A stretch of 64,000 bases of DNA, from the NCBI GenBank assembly GCA_002269645.1, contig NIVC01000856.1:124001-188000 (forward strand), written 5' to 3'. Both the position numbers and the translations under genes were made by a program. Numbering within the stretch: position 1 is the stretch's first letter; every line of letters starts with the position of its first letter. The notes under the pieces were generated by a model. It saw nothing but the letters and a program-made list of their open reading frames with translations, was not told the DNA's origin and ran no database searches. The stretch is from Macrostomum lignano (lineage: Eukaryota). Below, piece by piece: positions 32,701 through 58,185 of this stretch.

Positions 32701-35648
32701 TTGCAGCCTAGTGGTCAGAGCGTCGGACTCGCGACTGATAGGTCGGGGGTTCGAATTCGATTCTCGACCCACTCGGACACAATTTGTGTCCTTGAGCAAG
32801 ACACTTAGTGTCCTTGAGCTGTAAACTGGGTGCCAGCATTAGCTGGGGTAATTGAGGGTGTGGCGACCCCCCGCCCCCCAGTCCTTGGACTGAACAGCCG
32901 TACGTAGCCTTCAGATGCGCCGCGCAATGGCTGCGGCTGAGCTGTCGGATCCACATCTGCCCGCTAATTATTTCTAGGCGTTAACATGTAGAGTTTTACC
33001 CGATTCACCTATATTGCGCTGACATCTCACTATTTCCAGGGCTACCAATCAGTGAACGAGTTCATAGTCACCCAACTGCCAATGAAGGACACTCTGTTCG
33101 ACTTCTACAGAATGATTTGGGAGCAGAACTGTGTGTGCATTGTGTCCGTGCATCCCAGCCTGTACTCAGATGGGGCAGGCGACACGGCTAACAATGAGCA
33201 GGAAGGAATCGACCTGCCAGAGATGTGGCCAACCAATGAGTCTGAGGCGCTGACTGCAGGCTATCTGCAGGTCTGGTTCAGGTTAGTCCGGGAGCTTCGC
33301 TGGGGCCACAAATGATTCTTTCTGGGTTTCCATTGATATGCCAAGCCATAGGTGTGCCCGTTGAAAACGTTACCATGATAAGAATCGCATTGCTAACAAC
33401 TCACTAGTGACTCTAGCGACTCTCTGGGGGGGTCTCAACACGACGGAGAGGCGACTTTGGTGTAACCACAGATACTTGAATAACTAGATGGCCACTCAGC
33501 ACATTTGCGTGTAAGCTACTTTCAGTTCAGTAGTAAGTTAAACTGAAGCATTTTAATGAATTTTTTAAGCTAAGGCTCATTTATTGGCTACTACCCCCAG
33601 CTTAAACCCTCCAACCCTACACTACCCCCCCCCGCCCCAATTTTTATTGCCTTTCTCGGAATTCCAGCCTAAAGCTGCCATGTACATTTCAGTAGACTGG
33701 CTAATGTACATTATTGCTGAACCAATTAGCAAGTTGTTTACGCCTGCAAGCTTGGGCTTCTAAACTTATCAGAATCATTGCAGCTGCCTTTATTTTTATA
33801 AAATAGCTTATGTATTTTTCTTTGCTACTGAACTGAAAGTAGAAAGATGTTTTACACCTGAGTGGCCCATCCAGTTATTTTAGAATCTGTGGGTGTAACG
33901 AGCGCATCACGTGAAAGAGTACGCTCGTAAAGTCATCTATGAGTCGCTGTGTCTACTAACTCAAGCAGACTAAACAGAATGACGCAGATGCGCTTTAGAC
34001 GCAACTCAGCGATTCTGCAGCGACTCCAGCACGGCTCAGATACGACTCTACGGCCCCAGCGTCGTTTCAGAGTTGCAGACAATCAAAATGCCTCAAACTG
34101 ACTCTAAGGCGAATCTTTGACGACTTTTTAGCGACTCCGGGGTGACGCAGGAGACTCTGGGACGCGTATTGGCCTGGGTACCGTTTTCAATGGGGGTCAA
34201 TAACGATTTAAAATCCGATTACTTTAATCCCACATGCGACACCCACCCAGATCTCGCCAGGACTACCCGTTCGGCGAATGCCGCGAGTTCCTGCTGGCTA
34301 GCAACAAGGACGATTACAGCGTGCTCACCTCTGTGTGGACACTGAAACGATGGCCTGACACGTTTGGCGAATCGATTAGCCTAATTGAGCTGGTCAAGGC
34401 CGTATCTAACACGCGAGGTCTTATCACTTTGTCACCAATTATAGTTATGGATATGTAAGTTACAGTTCCTTGCTTTTAATTAGCTCTTGTAAATTTCCCG
34501 GTTTTTTAATTTTTTTCTCCTACTTAAAATTCTCTTCTCAGGTATGGTGGCAGCTATGCCGGTATCATTTGCTCGCTGTACGTGCTCTACAGGCAGCTTA
34601 TTATGGAGGGCACAGCGGATGTGTACTCTCTGTTTAAACTGTATCACCTGCAGCGGCCGGGAATGTTCAATAGCAAGGTAAGAATTCCGTTCGTGTTGGA
34701 GTCTTATGCTAATTGATGCATACTGCATGCGGCCCTGCCAAGCTTCTCTATCCGGCCCTCGGGTCCTTTGCAACTGCACAATAGCAATCCGGCCCGCTCA
34801 TTGTTTGTGTCTCTTCTCAGCTCTCTTCTCTCTAGTCTCCTCCTCTTCTCTCCTTTCTCATATCCCTTCTTTCTCCTCTCCTCTCCCTTCTCTCCTCTCC
34901 TCTCTCCTCTCCCTTCTCTCCTCTCTCCTCTCCCTTCTCTCCTCTCCCTTCTATCCTCTCTCTTCTCTCCTCTCCCTTCTATCCTCTCTCTTCTCTCCTC
35001 TCCCTTCTATCCTCTCTCTTCTCTCCTCTCCCTTCTATCCTCTCTCTTCTCTCCTCTCCTCCATTCTCTCCTCTCTTCTACCCCTCTCCTCTTTGCTCTC
35101 CCTTCTCTCCTCTCTCTCCCTTCTCTCCTCTTCTCCCTTCTTCAAATCTGTTGAGCAGTTTTTTTCGAAAATCGATCACGCACACATACCTATAGACAAA
35201 CCATTTTTAGTATAGGGTAGATTTTCACTTGACTTTACAGGCCGACATGGAGTTCATCTATGCTGTGATTTCTTTTCACGCCAAGTACTTCTCGCCTAGC
35301 AACAGTCTCTCATTGCGTCGCGGCAACGGCGGCGCTGGGGCCGGGCATCACAATCACCATGGCAACGGGTCCCTAACAACGCAACAGTCGCACGACTCGC
35401 ACGAGCCGACGCCTCGCGCCGCCTCTCCGCCCGAGTCTTTTCCGCTGCGCCAAATTCCGGCGCCGTCGGCCCCGCCGGCGCATTCTGCCGTCGCTTTAAC
35501 CGCAGAGACAGACGACGACAAAGCGCCGGTGGTTCGATTCGCCAACGGTCGGAGGCGCCTGTCTGCAAGCCGCAGTGTGCACGGCAATTTCTGCGTTGGT
35601 GCAGTCAGCTACGGGCCTGCGGAAACTTACTCCACTCATACCGGCTAA
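22334..35648 (+). CDS. Receptor-type protein tyrosine phosphatase (Ig + FN3 repeats + TM + D1 + D2), Ptp99A / R5 (PTPRG/PTPRZ)-like; multi-exon, true start not located
   Basis: Phase-consistent GT-AG exons: 22334-22772, 23926-24425, 25218-25332, 26326-26900, 27230-27680, 28270-28533, 29192-29268, 29352-29486, 29796-30082, 31437-31722, 32136-32226, 32557-32633, 33040-33281, 34251-34454, 34542-34677, 35241-35648. D1 motifs: [59 protein letters not shown]2 has IIVMDMYGG in place of the Cys motif. Confidence 0.92.
22890..23740. repeat. Intronic minisatellite AAATCCTGGGATTCCTATTCCAATCCCAATATCCC and variants
   Basis: Tandem imperfect copies in RPTP intron. Confidence 0.9.
23926..24425 (+). CDS. 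RPTP exon: FN3 domain 1 and start of FN3 domain 2
   Basis: [32 protein letters not shown]; TTCAG acceptor, GTAAGT donor. Confidence 0.88.
24495..25060. repeat. Intronic minisatellite, 36-bp unit GTCCGGAATTACTTCCGGTCTTTGTGTCCACCTTCT
   Basis: Tandem copies; each holds the inverted repeat CCGGAA-TTAC-TTCCGG. Confidence 0.93.
25218..25332 (+). CDS. RPTP exon: end of FN3 domain 2
   Basis: [21 protein letters not shown]; CCACAG / GTGAGT. Confidence 0.85.
25450..26255. repeat. Intronic minisatellite, 23-bp unit GAGAATCGCCCTCACCTCCCAAA
   Basis: Tandem copies. Confidence 0.93.
26326..26900 (+). CDS. RPTP exon: FN3 domain 3 and part of a further FN3-like domain
   Basis: [33 protein letters not shown]; polypyrimidine CCCACAG acceptor fits phase 1. 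Confidence 0.85.
26930..27185. repeat. Intronic minisatellite, 15-bp unit ATAGATTTCATAATC
   Basis: Tandem copies. Confidence 0.92.
27230..27680 (+). CDS. RPTP exon with transmembrane helix
   Basis: [25 protein letters not shown] followed by basic residues. Confidence 0.85.
27735..28075. repeat. Intronic degenerate repeat built on CACTTCCGGTCATT
   Basis: About nine spaced copies of CACTTCC(G)G. Confidence 0.75.
28270..28533 (+). CDS. RPTP exon: juxtamembrane/wedge region to KNRY
   Basis: [21 protein letters not shown]. Confidence 0.88.
28550..29120. repeat. Intronic minisatellite, 30-bp unit GGAGTGAAGTGCTGTTGCATTGGTGTCTAT
   Basis: Tandem copies. Confidence 0.93.
29192..30082 (+). CDS. RPTP D1 exons 29192-29268, 29352-29486, 29796-30082
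   Basis: [17 protein letters not shown] | GY..YIACQGP..FWLMVWE..ERGR | [21 protein letters not shown]. Confidence 0.93.
29520..29710. repeat. (GATA)n microsatellite
   Basis: Read directly. Confidence 0.95.
30130..31290. repeat. Intronic minisatellite, 21-bp unit AACCGGAAGTAGCTGGATTTT
   Basis: Tandem copies; the intron splits the HCS|AGVGRTG codon (phase 2). Confidence 0.93.
31437..31722 (+). CDS. RPTP exon: P-loop and Q-loop of D1, D1-D2 linker
   Basis: [30 protein letters not shown]. Confidence 0.93.
31775..31999. mobile_element. MITE-like element family A, short copy
   Basis: Inverted ends CCGGTTAAAAACGGTACC / GGTACCGTTTTCATCTGG; shares ACAACTCACTAGTGACTCT and TTGGCCTGGGTACCGTTTTCA with 33357-34194. 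Confidence 0.65.
32136..33281 (+). CDS. RPTP D2 exons 32136-32226, 32557-32633, 33040-33281
   Basis: NYAKNR..VYP | [20 protein letters not shown] | [19 protein letters not shown]. Confidence 0.9.
32235..32500 (+). mobile_element. Possible tRNA-derived SINE remnant
   Basis: A box GTAGCCCAGTGG (32245-32256) and B-box-like GGCTCGATTCC (32280-32290); 3' extent is a guess. Confidence 0.4.
32695..32970 (+). mobile_element. tRNA-derived SINE with CORE/Meta-like central domain
   Basis: GCAGCCTAGTGGTCAGAGCG (A box), GGACTCGCGA, GGGGTTCGAATTC (B box), then GTGTCCTTGAGCAAGACACTT..GTAAACTGGGT, which resembles conserved SINE central domains. Confidence 0.75.
33357..34194. mobile_element. MITE-like element family A, long copy (host of nested family B)
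   Basis: Inverted ends CCCGTTGAAAACGTTACC / GGTACCGTTTTCAATGGG. Confidence 0.65.
33479..33879. mobile_element. MITE family B, copy 1 (nested)
   Basis: TIR AATAACTAGATGGCCACTCAG / CTGAGTGGCCCATCCAGTTATT; sub-terminal inverted repeat CTACTTTCAGTTCAGTAG / CTACTGAACTGAAAGTAG; colinear with 35691-36123. Confidence 0.85.
34251..34677 (+). CDS. RPTP D2 exons 34251-34454 and 34542-34677
   Basis: CREFLL..DDYSV..WP..IIVMDM|[29 protein letters not shown]. Confidence 0.88.
34810..35142. repeat. Imperfect CT-rich microsatellite
   Basis: Read directly; inside an RPTP intron. Confidence 0.9.
35145..35222 (+). mobile_element. Second copy of Helitron/Helentron-like 3' end
   Basis: GTTGAGCAGTTTTTTTCGAAAATCGATCACGCACACATACCTATAGACAAACCATTTTTAGTATA matches 17700-17802. 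Confidence 0.45.
35241..35648 (+). CDS. RPTP last coding exon (end of D2 and low-complexity tail)
   Basis: TTTACAG acceptor; [10 protein letters not shown]; stop TAA at 35646-35648. Confidence 0.85.
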   Translation, partial: ADMEFIYAVISFHAKYFSPSNSLSLRRGNGGAGAGHHNHHGNGSLTTQQSHDSHEPTPRAASPPESFPLRQIPAPSAPPAHSAVALTAETDDDKAPVVRFANGRRRLSASRSVHGNFCVGAVSYGPAETYSTHTG

Positions 35649-35690
35649 GGAGCTACTGAGAGTCGTTGGCACAGACTCACGGATTACTAG

Positions 35691-36123
35691 AATAACTAGA
35701 TGGGCCACCCAGAAAATTTGCGTGTAAGCTACTCTCAGTTCAGTAGTAGGTTAAACCGAAGCATTTTAATGTATTTTACAAGCCAAGGTTCACTTATTGG
35801 CTGTTACTCCCCCCCCAGCCTTAAACCCTCCAACCGCGCCTTTCCACACTACCCCCCGCCCCGGCCCAATTTTTATTGCCTTTCTCGGAATTCCAACCTA
35901 CAGCTGCTATGTACATTTCAGTGGACTGGGGGGATGTACATTACTGCTGAACCAATTAGCAAGTTGTTTTCGCCTGCAACCTTTAGGCTTCTAAACTTAT
36001 CAAAGTCATTTCAGCTGCCTTTATTTTTATAAAATAGCTTATGTATTCTTCTTTGCTACTGAACTGAAAGTAGAAAGCTGTTTTACTAAGTATATATATG
36101 CCTGAGTGGCTCATCTAGTTATT
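35691..36123. mobile_element. MITE family B, copy 2, just after the RPTP stop codon
   Basis: TIR AATAACTAGATGGGCCACCCAG / CTGAGTGGCTCATCTAGTTATT; internal sequence colinear with copy 1. Confidence 0.85.
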
Positions 36124-39100
36124 TAAGATAGTTTCTGTTTTTAATTGATCTTATCATCATAAATTCTGGCTTTTTTTATCAACCATCGACCAGCTCTGTT
36201 TTAGTGACGTATATATCTCTGCGAACTTTAGCACAAACTGTGATTGGATGCTGACAATGAAATGATTGCTTGGTAATTTATAGTCAGCTAAATTGAATGC
36301 CATCCTACCGCTACCACCAATGTATATTTTGACCAACGAGTTACTTTACATTGCATATTGTTTTACTGTATGTCCACGCAGTCTGATCTACTGAGCGTAT
36401 TACTTTTGTCACTGAAGTGCAATTATCATAATTGCTGTGTACAGCTTTATTTCATATTAAATAGCTGACAAATTTCCCTCTTAAAGTTTTCAGTGTGCTT
36501 TTATATATACCCTGATAGAGTGCATGTTTACCCAAAGTTTACGCAATTTTTTTTGTGTGTCGGACCAGCAATAACTGCTTATTGTGTACAATTGGTTTTG
36601 TTTTGTATTTCACTTCAATACTGACACCTGCTCGCTTAGTCCTCACCATTTTTATTAGTTAGCAATCTATGCTCAGCTTCAAGCTAACTTTCTTTTTTGT
36701 GGCTTTCATTGCTTCTGTAATTATCGCATGTTGGCAGTCTTTTAAAGCTGGAAAATATTTGAAATCTCTCAACTGCTCCCTCTTCTCAATGGTATTGTGT
36801 TTGCTTTTCTGTTTTGCATTTTTTTACTATCGCTGGCTGAAAGTTTATTCAATACGGTTTCTCGTAACTTGAACAAAAATTGATCTTTTTTTTGATTTTC
36901 TGCTTGACTACATGTGGCTAATTTTCTGCTTGTCTGCCAATTAAATTGCTGACCAAACATTTTGTTAGTAGTAGCTGACGGCTATGAACTACTTTTATAT
37001 TTAAGTTAATTTTGAGCGTCTTGCGTACGCTATTTGCATGACCTGGGATAACCTTGGTAGTTTGGTATCCAATGCATCAGTTTTTAAAGCGCCAGGATTT
37101 CCCGTTTTTTTTATTCAAGTGGCAGACTTTAGCCATCATTTGTTCTGTTTGTTCTGTATATTGTACCAAATTCTAGTACATTACATTTTTAGTTTCTGTT
37201 TTGGTAGTGCTCTAAAACAAATTGTGTTTTAAATTCAAATTGTTTTTGTTTAACTGTTTCTACGAGCGTGTGCCGTCGTACATTTTACTGTGTGCTTGTT
37301 TTATTGTGAACCCAGTGCTATATTGCGTAATAGATGTATGATGAATACTTCTTGTGTATACTTTACACATTTCAATTACATATGCGTTTTTGGTAATAAA
37401 CATGCTTTTATTATGTGTTTCAATTGTACAAGCTACAGGATATCACACAGAATGCTCATTCGCTGCTCTCCGCGTGAAATCGCAGGACAAAGAAGATACG
37501 CATTGAGCCTACTCTTAAATTCTAGGAGCTGTGCCATAGACTTTTTTCTTAAGTACTCACACTTTTACTCACAGCAGTGTCGAACTATAACCGATGAACG
37601 AACGAGCATTGAGCAAATAGCTACTTTTAGATTGTCTGGTAATATGGTTTGTACTACTTGCTTCTTCACCCCAAGAGTAGTGTCCTGGCGTTTTAATTGG
37701 TCCAGATACTCTTAGTTTTTACGCGAATGAGCATTCTGTGTGATATTCTGAGGTACAAGCCCTGTGCTAATCTTAACCAAAAATCATTAGCGTATTAACA
37801 TATTTGCGTTCATTTTTCCTTATTGATGCAAATAACAATCAAGAAAGTCGTCTTTGACAGCAATTATAGCCTTAATTTCGAAAAACATTTTTAACTGATG
37901 ACACTGGGCAATTAATTCTGTTCAGTCACTCCATCATCTAGTGTGCAATCACTTGAACTGGATTTCGAATTTTGATCCTGTCCTCGTTGGTAGTAATACT
38001 ACATGTAATACACTTCACCGTATTCCTAGGCGTGTTCCTTAGCTGTTGAAGGTCCAGCGCAGTCAGGAGTCACGTGATTCTCGCTAGCGGCCTTCCCAGA
38101 TCCATTCTGCCGAGCGTCCGATGCCATGATCTTGGCCACCTTCGCAGATTGGCCTGGCCAATCCCCACGTCACGCAGTGTTTTAGCACAAAGCACACCTC
38201 TTCCTGATCGTAGACTGGTTGGTCTACTTCCCACTTGTTGGCTTGGGCAGACCCAAACGATAGTGCACACTAATAATCTCAGCAACGATAAGATGTCCTA
38301 ATGTATGCATCTTTCCAAGAGAGTTCTCGCGCTGTTTATGTGCTTTTTAGCTTTGCCCCTAAAAAGGCAAAAGGACAAAAAAATGACAAAAGGATGTCTA
38401 CGGCGAACAGCAGAAATCATTGTTTATGTAACATCACGACAGCTCAATGCATAATGCGTGCATTAAGCGCTAAAAGCGTGCTTAAACAGCTCGTGATCCT
38501 TTATGTATTGGCTAGAGTTATTTATAATATAATACAAGAAATATATATCGTGATTACAGTGCTATTTAATATTTAGTTTTTCTGGCTTTAATTTCTATGG
38601 TCAGTCGTGCGCTTAAATAAAACCTACTATTGAACCTCGATCATTTTCAATGATGGAAGTTTCGCTTCGCTCGCCTCGAGACCATCCAATTCAGCTTTGG
38701 AATTTTAACTACAGAATGCACATGAAACGGCTGTGATCATTTAATTGAACAGCAGTCCTACAACATTTGTTTTTTCGCGCATAAAAATTAGATGCTTTGT
38801 GAGCGCAAGTACAGCTGCGATTAGAATCGTCTTTAAATGATACTTTAAAAATGTAGACGTTACAAATGGAAAGGCTGTATTGAATTATGTGATATGTAAA
38901 ATATATCACCTATTACGTAAGCTTAAGCAAGCATATTATATAAACGTTATTTTTCGATGCTTTTAGTAATTCAAAGTTTTGTATAATTTGTTTTATTTCG
39001 CTGAAAGCAGGCGCGTGACGGAAATAGTAAGCAAAATTTCAACTTCGTTTTATTTTCAATCATTTAAAAAATGAGAACTGACAATTGCTTCAATTTTTAG

Positions 39101-40399
39101 TTTCATTTTTATATTTCGATTCTCTGTGTCTATAATGTTTGTAGCTATTGTCTGGGTTAGAACTAGGAACCATGGTATGTGATGTTGGACGAAGCAAGTC
39201 TGTATTCAATCAGTCGAATAGAATTCCTAATATGTTTTTTGCTTTGTGCGTTGTACCAGGGTAAAAACATTCGTACTCAATTATTGCAAACCATTTTGGC
39301 CTTAGTTGTCATTTACCTTTAAGTTTAGTGTAAGAATTATTAATTTTTTAGCATTACCTGCCATAAAAAACAACGAAATATGGTCAATATTCCGGTGACA
39401 TGATGACAGAGCAATTTAAAGATGTGAACGATAAACCCTGACCTTAGTCTAAATCTAATGGCTAATGCCAATGGCTTTTATAATGTTATTCTGCCAAATG
39501 AAATATATTGATAGTTTTATTCTGCAAAAATGATACGACGATTGAAGAATCAGTTTCAATTTTTAGGTTCGAGCTATTTGATAGTGCTAGCTTTGATTGT
39601 ATTAAATTTCTCAGTAGGAAATTAACATAGCTATAAAATAGAAATGAAATTTATTGAGCTAAGATAATGAATATATTTGCAAATTAATTTATGCCATTTA
39701 TGAAATATCATTATGACACAGTTATATATTTTATTATCAGATTATTATATTTCTTTTTTATTCTTACTATGATTATGAATAAATATTTAATTTTGATTTT
39801 AGTAGGTTTAAAAATTTTGCCTTTATTGAATGAAATTTAAAGTTTCAAGCTACATTTAGTGCTTATAATAATTTCTAATAAAGCCATCATTAATTTCATA
39901 CTTCAATGTATGCCAATTTTTGTTTAAATATAGCTTACAATTGTTGGCTTCAATGGCTAACATTGTTTAAACTATTGCAATATATTTTTATTAAAAATTA
40001 ACATTGACTAAGACTTAGCCCTTTAAAAAGTATAAATAGATTGCATATAACTATGTTAGAAATAAATACCATTTCAATGTTACTTTCCTATGTTGACTTT
40101 TAAGAGTAAAAACTTTATGCAGACTTGTTTGAAAGTAAGTTTTCTTAGTAAGTAAGTAGAGGACTAGGCTATAACCTAGGCTGTATCATTGCTCTTATAT
40201 ATGCAATGTATTTCAAAGTACAAAATACTTCAAATACTTTAAATCCAATATTTGATTTGAATTCTAAAAAAGTACAATAAATTTAACTGGTAAGCCACCA
40301 TTGTTCAACTCTAACTTGGTTTTTATAGCCTGTTTTCTCTGCATTTAATAGCAGACAAACAAATTTTAACTATAATTAATAAAAGCAATCACAGAAGCA

Positions 40400-42493
<2,094 letters not shown>

Positions 42494-43070
42494 TATGCTA
42501 CTAAAAGTAGTGCAGGCAATACATAGTTTTACAAAAGTTTAATGTTTTCTCTAACATCAATTGCATGGCTTACATAACTGACTATGTTAACAGAATGTCT
42601 GGTTGTCTGATTTATAACATTCTTTAACTGGAAATTCAAACTTAAAGCCACGTTTCATTCGAGTGCAGAAAAATATTCGCATTCCGATTAAAAATAATCA
42701 ATAAATCCCTGTTGCTTCTTTCAGATGCACCCGCAACTGCGTTCAGCCAATAATGTCAGTACGTCATTTGTCAGCAACCAACAGAGATTTTCATTTAAGC
42801 GCTTTTGTGTGCGAGTTCACAAGTGAATTATATGAATCCATTATATATCTCAGTGTTTTCTACTGTCTTCCGTACTATACTACTTATTGCGTAAGTAGTT
42901 AAGTTTGCCGTTCTCATGATTTATTTAGTTTATTAGCCCAGTTTTTATCCGGTTGCTAATCTGTGCTTGGCCTTTTATTGTATTGTATTTTTGTGTTTTG
43001 TTTTTGTTTTTTTATTCAGGCACCTCTGTCTGTTTAGACGAGACAGGCGCCCCTGTTTTGTTCAGCTCAA

Positions 43071-43298
43071 GGACCGCTGTAGTATTAACAGGACGTACAA
43101 CTCAAAGATCGTGTAACTTTTTAGGAGACCAAGAGTACACTGCGAAGATCGGAAAAAAAGATTTTTCCTATCTCCGCAGTGCACTTTTTCCAGGGAATCG
43201 GCCTCCAAAAATTACACGATCTTTGAGTTTTACGTCCATATTTTAATAATATTTAATTTTGATATAATTTTACGTCCGCAGTTGCACTACAGCGGTCC
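43071..43298. mobile_element. MITE-like foldback element
   Basis: Outer IR GGACCGCTGTAGT / ACTACAGCGGTCC; inner 31-bp IR (43091-43121 vs ~43208-43238) with two mismatches. Confidence 0.7.
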
Positions 43299-43624
43299 AT
43301 GGTCCCATCTGTTTTTAGCAACATTCCATGCGTTTAAAAGTGTTTGCTTTTCCACTAGTTTTCTGTTATTTGTTGTCACATTTTAACGACAGTATTTTAT
43401 TTATATTTACACAAGTTTCTATTTTGAACTAACATTTCCTTCCTTGTATCTGTACTTATTGAGTTGCACTAACTCTATTGTGCTAGTTACATTTATTCAC
43501 CCAAAAATACAATCTAACATCAAACAATAATTTTTCATGCGAGTCTTTTTGCAAGTTTGCTGTTCAATTTTCCGCTTTCTTTAAGGTTGTTGTCGATTTT
43601 TTTGTGCTGAGAGAAAAGTTATTC

Positions 43625-44145
43625 ATCACCATAGCCTACTCAGAACACCACTGCCTACTCAGAACATCGCTGCCTACTCAGAACATCACTGCCTACTCAG
43701 AACATCATTGCCTACTCAGAACATCACTGCCTACTCAGAACATCATTGCCTACTCAGAACATCACTGCCTACTCAGAACATCATTGCCTACTCAGAAAGA
43801 ACACCACTGCCTACTCAGAGCACCACTGCCTACTCAGAGCACCACTGCCTACTCAGAGCACCACTGCCTACTCAGAGCACCACTGCCTACTCAGAGCACC
43901 ACTGCCTACTCAGAGCACCACTGCCTACTCAGAGCACCACTGCCTACTCAGTGCACCACTGCCTACTCAGAGCACCACTGCCTACTCAGAGCACCACTGC
44001 CTACTCAGAGCACCACTGCCTACTCAGAGCACCACTGCCTACTCAGTGCACCACTGCCTACTCAGAGCACCACTGCCTACTCAGAGCACCACTGCCTACT
44101 CAGAGCATCACTGCCTACTCAGAGCACCACTGTCTACTCAAGCAG
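43625..44145. repeat. Minisatellite, 19-bp unit GCCTACTCAGAGCACCACT
   Basis: Tandem copies; a GAACATCACT/GAACATCATT variant block at the left end. Confidence 0.93.
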
Positions 44146-45479
44146 CACTTAAGTAGCAGTTTACATTGTACTTTAATCTGACATGTGACTAAGCGGAATA
44201 TAGTTCATTTCGATGCTTCAAATTTTAGTTTGAATCTCCACCACAGCCGCTGTTGCAGCTGAGGCCTCTCTCACTTAAAGCTGGCTGCATTTTGGCTACA
44301 GAATTTGCTACTACAACAAGCAACTTTTAAAGTTCCTATTTGAAATGAAACATTTTAGCGAAAAAATGTAGTTGTAAATTCCGTCTGACGCTTGGCGCTG
44401 CAATTTTTTTTAAGTTGCTTTTCGCTTTCACAGGGAGGGATCGGATGTTTGCTTCCCTCTAAGAATCCGTTGTGTAATAAAACGATATACAGCGATAAAA
44501 GTGCCCGAGTTCTAATCTAATACACTACACACAATATAAGTTTAGTGTATTGTATTGTAGTAATAAAATTCACGCCACTTGTGGTCGGACCGGACCGATT
44601 TAAGTGGAATTCCAATGCGACGCGTGGCGAAGGCTTCGGAGAATTTTACTAAGTACATTCATTGGTCGGGCGCTGCTAATGTACATAGGGGGCCGCGCCA
44701 CCAACCCCCCCCCCCCCATTTAATCCAGTGCACAACCCCCCGCGAAGGAATGAGAAGAATTTTCTCTGCCCCGCCACCCCACCCGACCGCTCGCTCACAC
44801 AGCTAACAACGCGCGCTCGCATTCTTTGCCCGAAAGAGCGAACTGCCAAAAAAGCTTTAATTGCGAAAACAACATTCCTGCGTGTATAAATGTATAATGT
44901 ATGCAATTCCTATCTGGCTGCTTCAAGAGGTCTTTAACCTTTCTAAACTATTTTCCTTTACTATGTAGTTTTATACAAACTCGCACTTTTGATTCTTCTA
45001 ATTAACTTGCGATAGCATGGGATGCATGTTCATTTGACGCGCGTGTACAGGTGTACTACTACGTGTACTTTAAATATGCTCAAATTCAAGAGTGCCTACT
45101 AATAAAGAGTAAAGACTTACTTAATCTACAACGTGGGGAAAACGATAAAAACTGACAACACTTAGTCACTAGTCACGTTAGACGTGATAATTTTGGTCAA
45201 GAAAAGTTAGGACGCATAGCAGATTCTAGCACACATTCGCCATTGTGTATAATACCTATATATTTGTAGAAATATTAATATATTAACACAAACAAGCACT
45301 TGTAGGCTTATTTTGCATTTTTGCGCAATAATAAAAAAGGCAACGAGATGGAAGCGGGGAACCTTTGGAGAAGAGAGGGTTAACAAAGCAAGCCAATGCG
45401 ACTGGTTTTAAGACAATTTTAACTGCCAAAAATACTGACTTGTTAAAATTGTCCTCAAGCCTGCAGACACTAAATACGA

Positions 45480-45700
45480 AGCTATGTACATTGCGCGACT
45501 AAATTTCATTCTATAACTTTTTAACTCTAAACCAGGTAACGTAATAACCAATGTACATTGTGTGACTCCTAGCGGGAAGGAAACAAATGTACATTGTGTG
45601 ACACATAGTTGGGAAGAAAACCAATGTACATTGCGCGACTCCTAGCTGGGAACTTAACTAATGTAAATAAATAAGGAAACCAATGTACATTGTGTACAAG
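45480..45700. repeat. Degenerate repeat around palindromic AATGTACATT
   Basis: About five spaced copies of AATGTACATTG(C/T)G. Confidence 0.6.
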
Positions 45701-45977
45701 GCCGCAATCTTGCGTATAAGATGGAAGAGCATCGCTTTTGAAAGCAAATGTACGCAGCAACGAAACGCATAAAAACTTAAAGTTAAAAATAATTCCGATT
45801 ATACAAGGCCATCTGCTGCAGGTATTCAACTGCAAATACTATGGAATTATAATACTAGTGAGAATAGCGTTTTGTGCACCTCAATAAAAAAATCATCCCT
45901 GGGCGCTAGAGCGGTGTGCTGAGAATATTTCGGTCAGGACGTGTGTACTTTTAAAAACTGTTCGCAAAATTTGTGCA

Positions 45978-58185
<12,208 letters not shown>

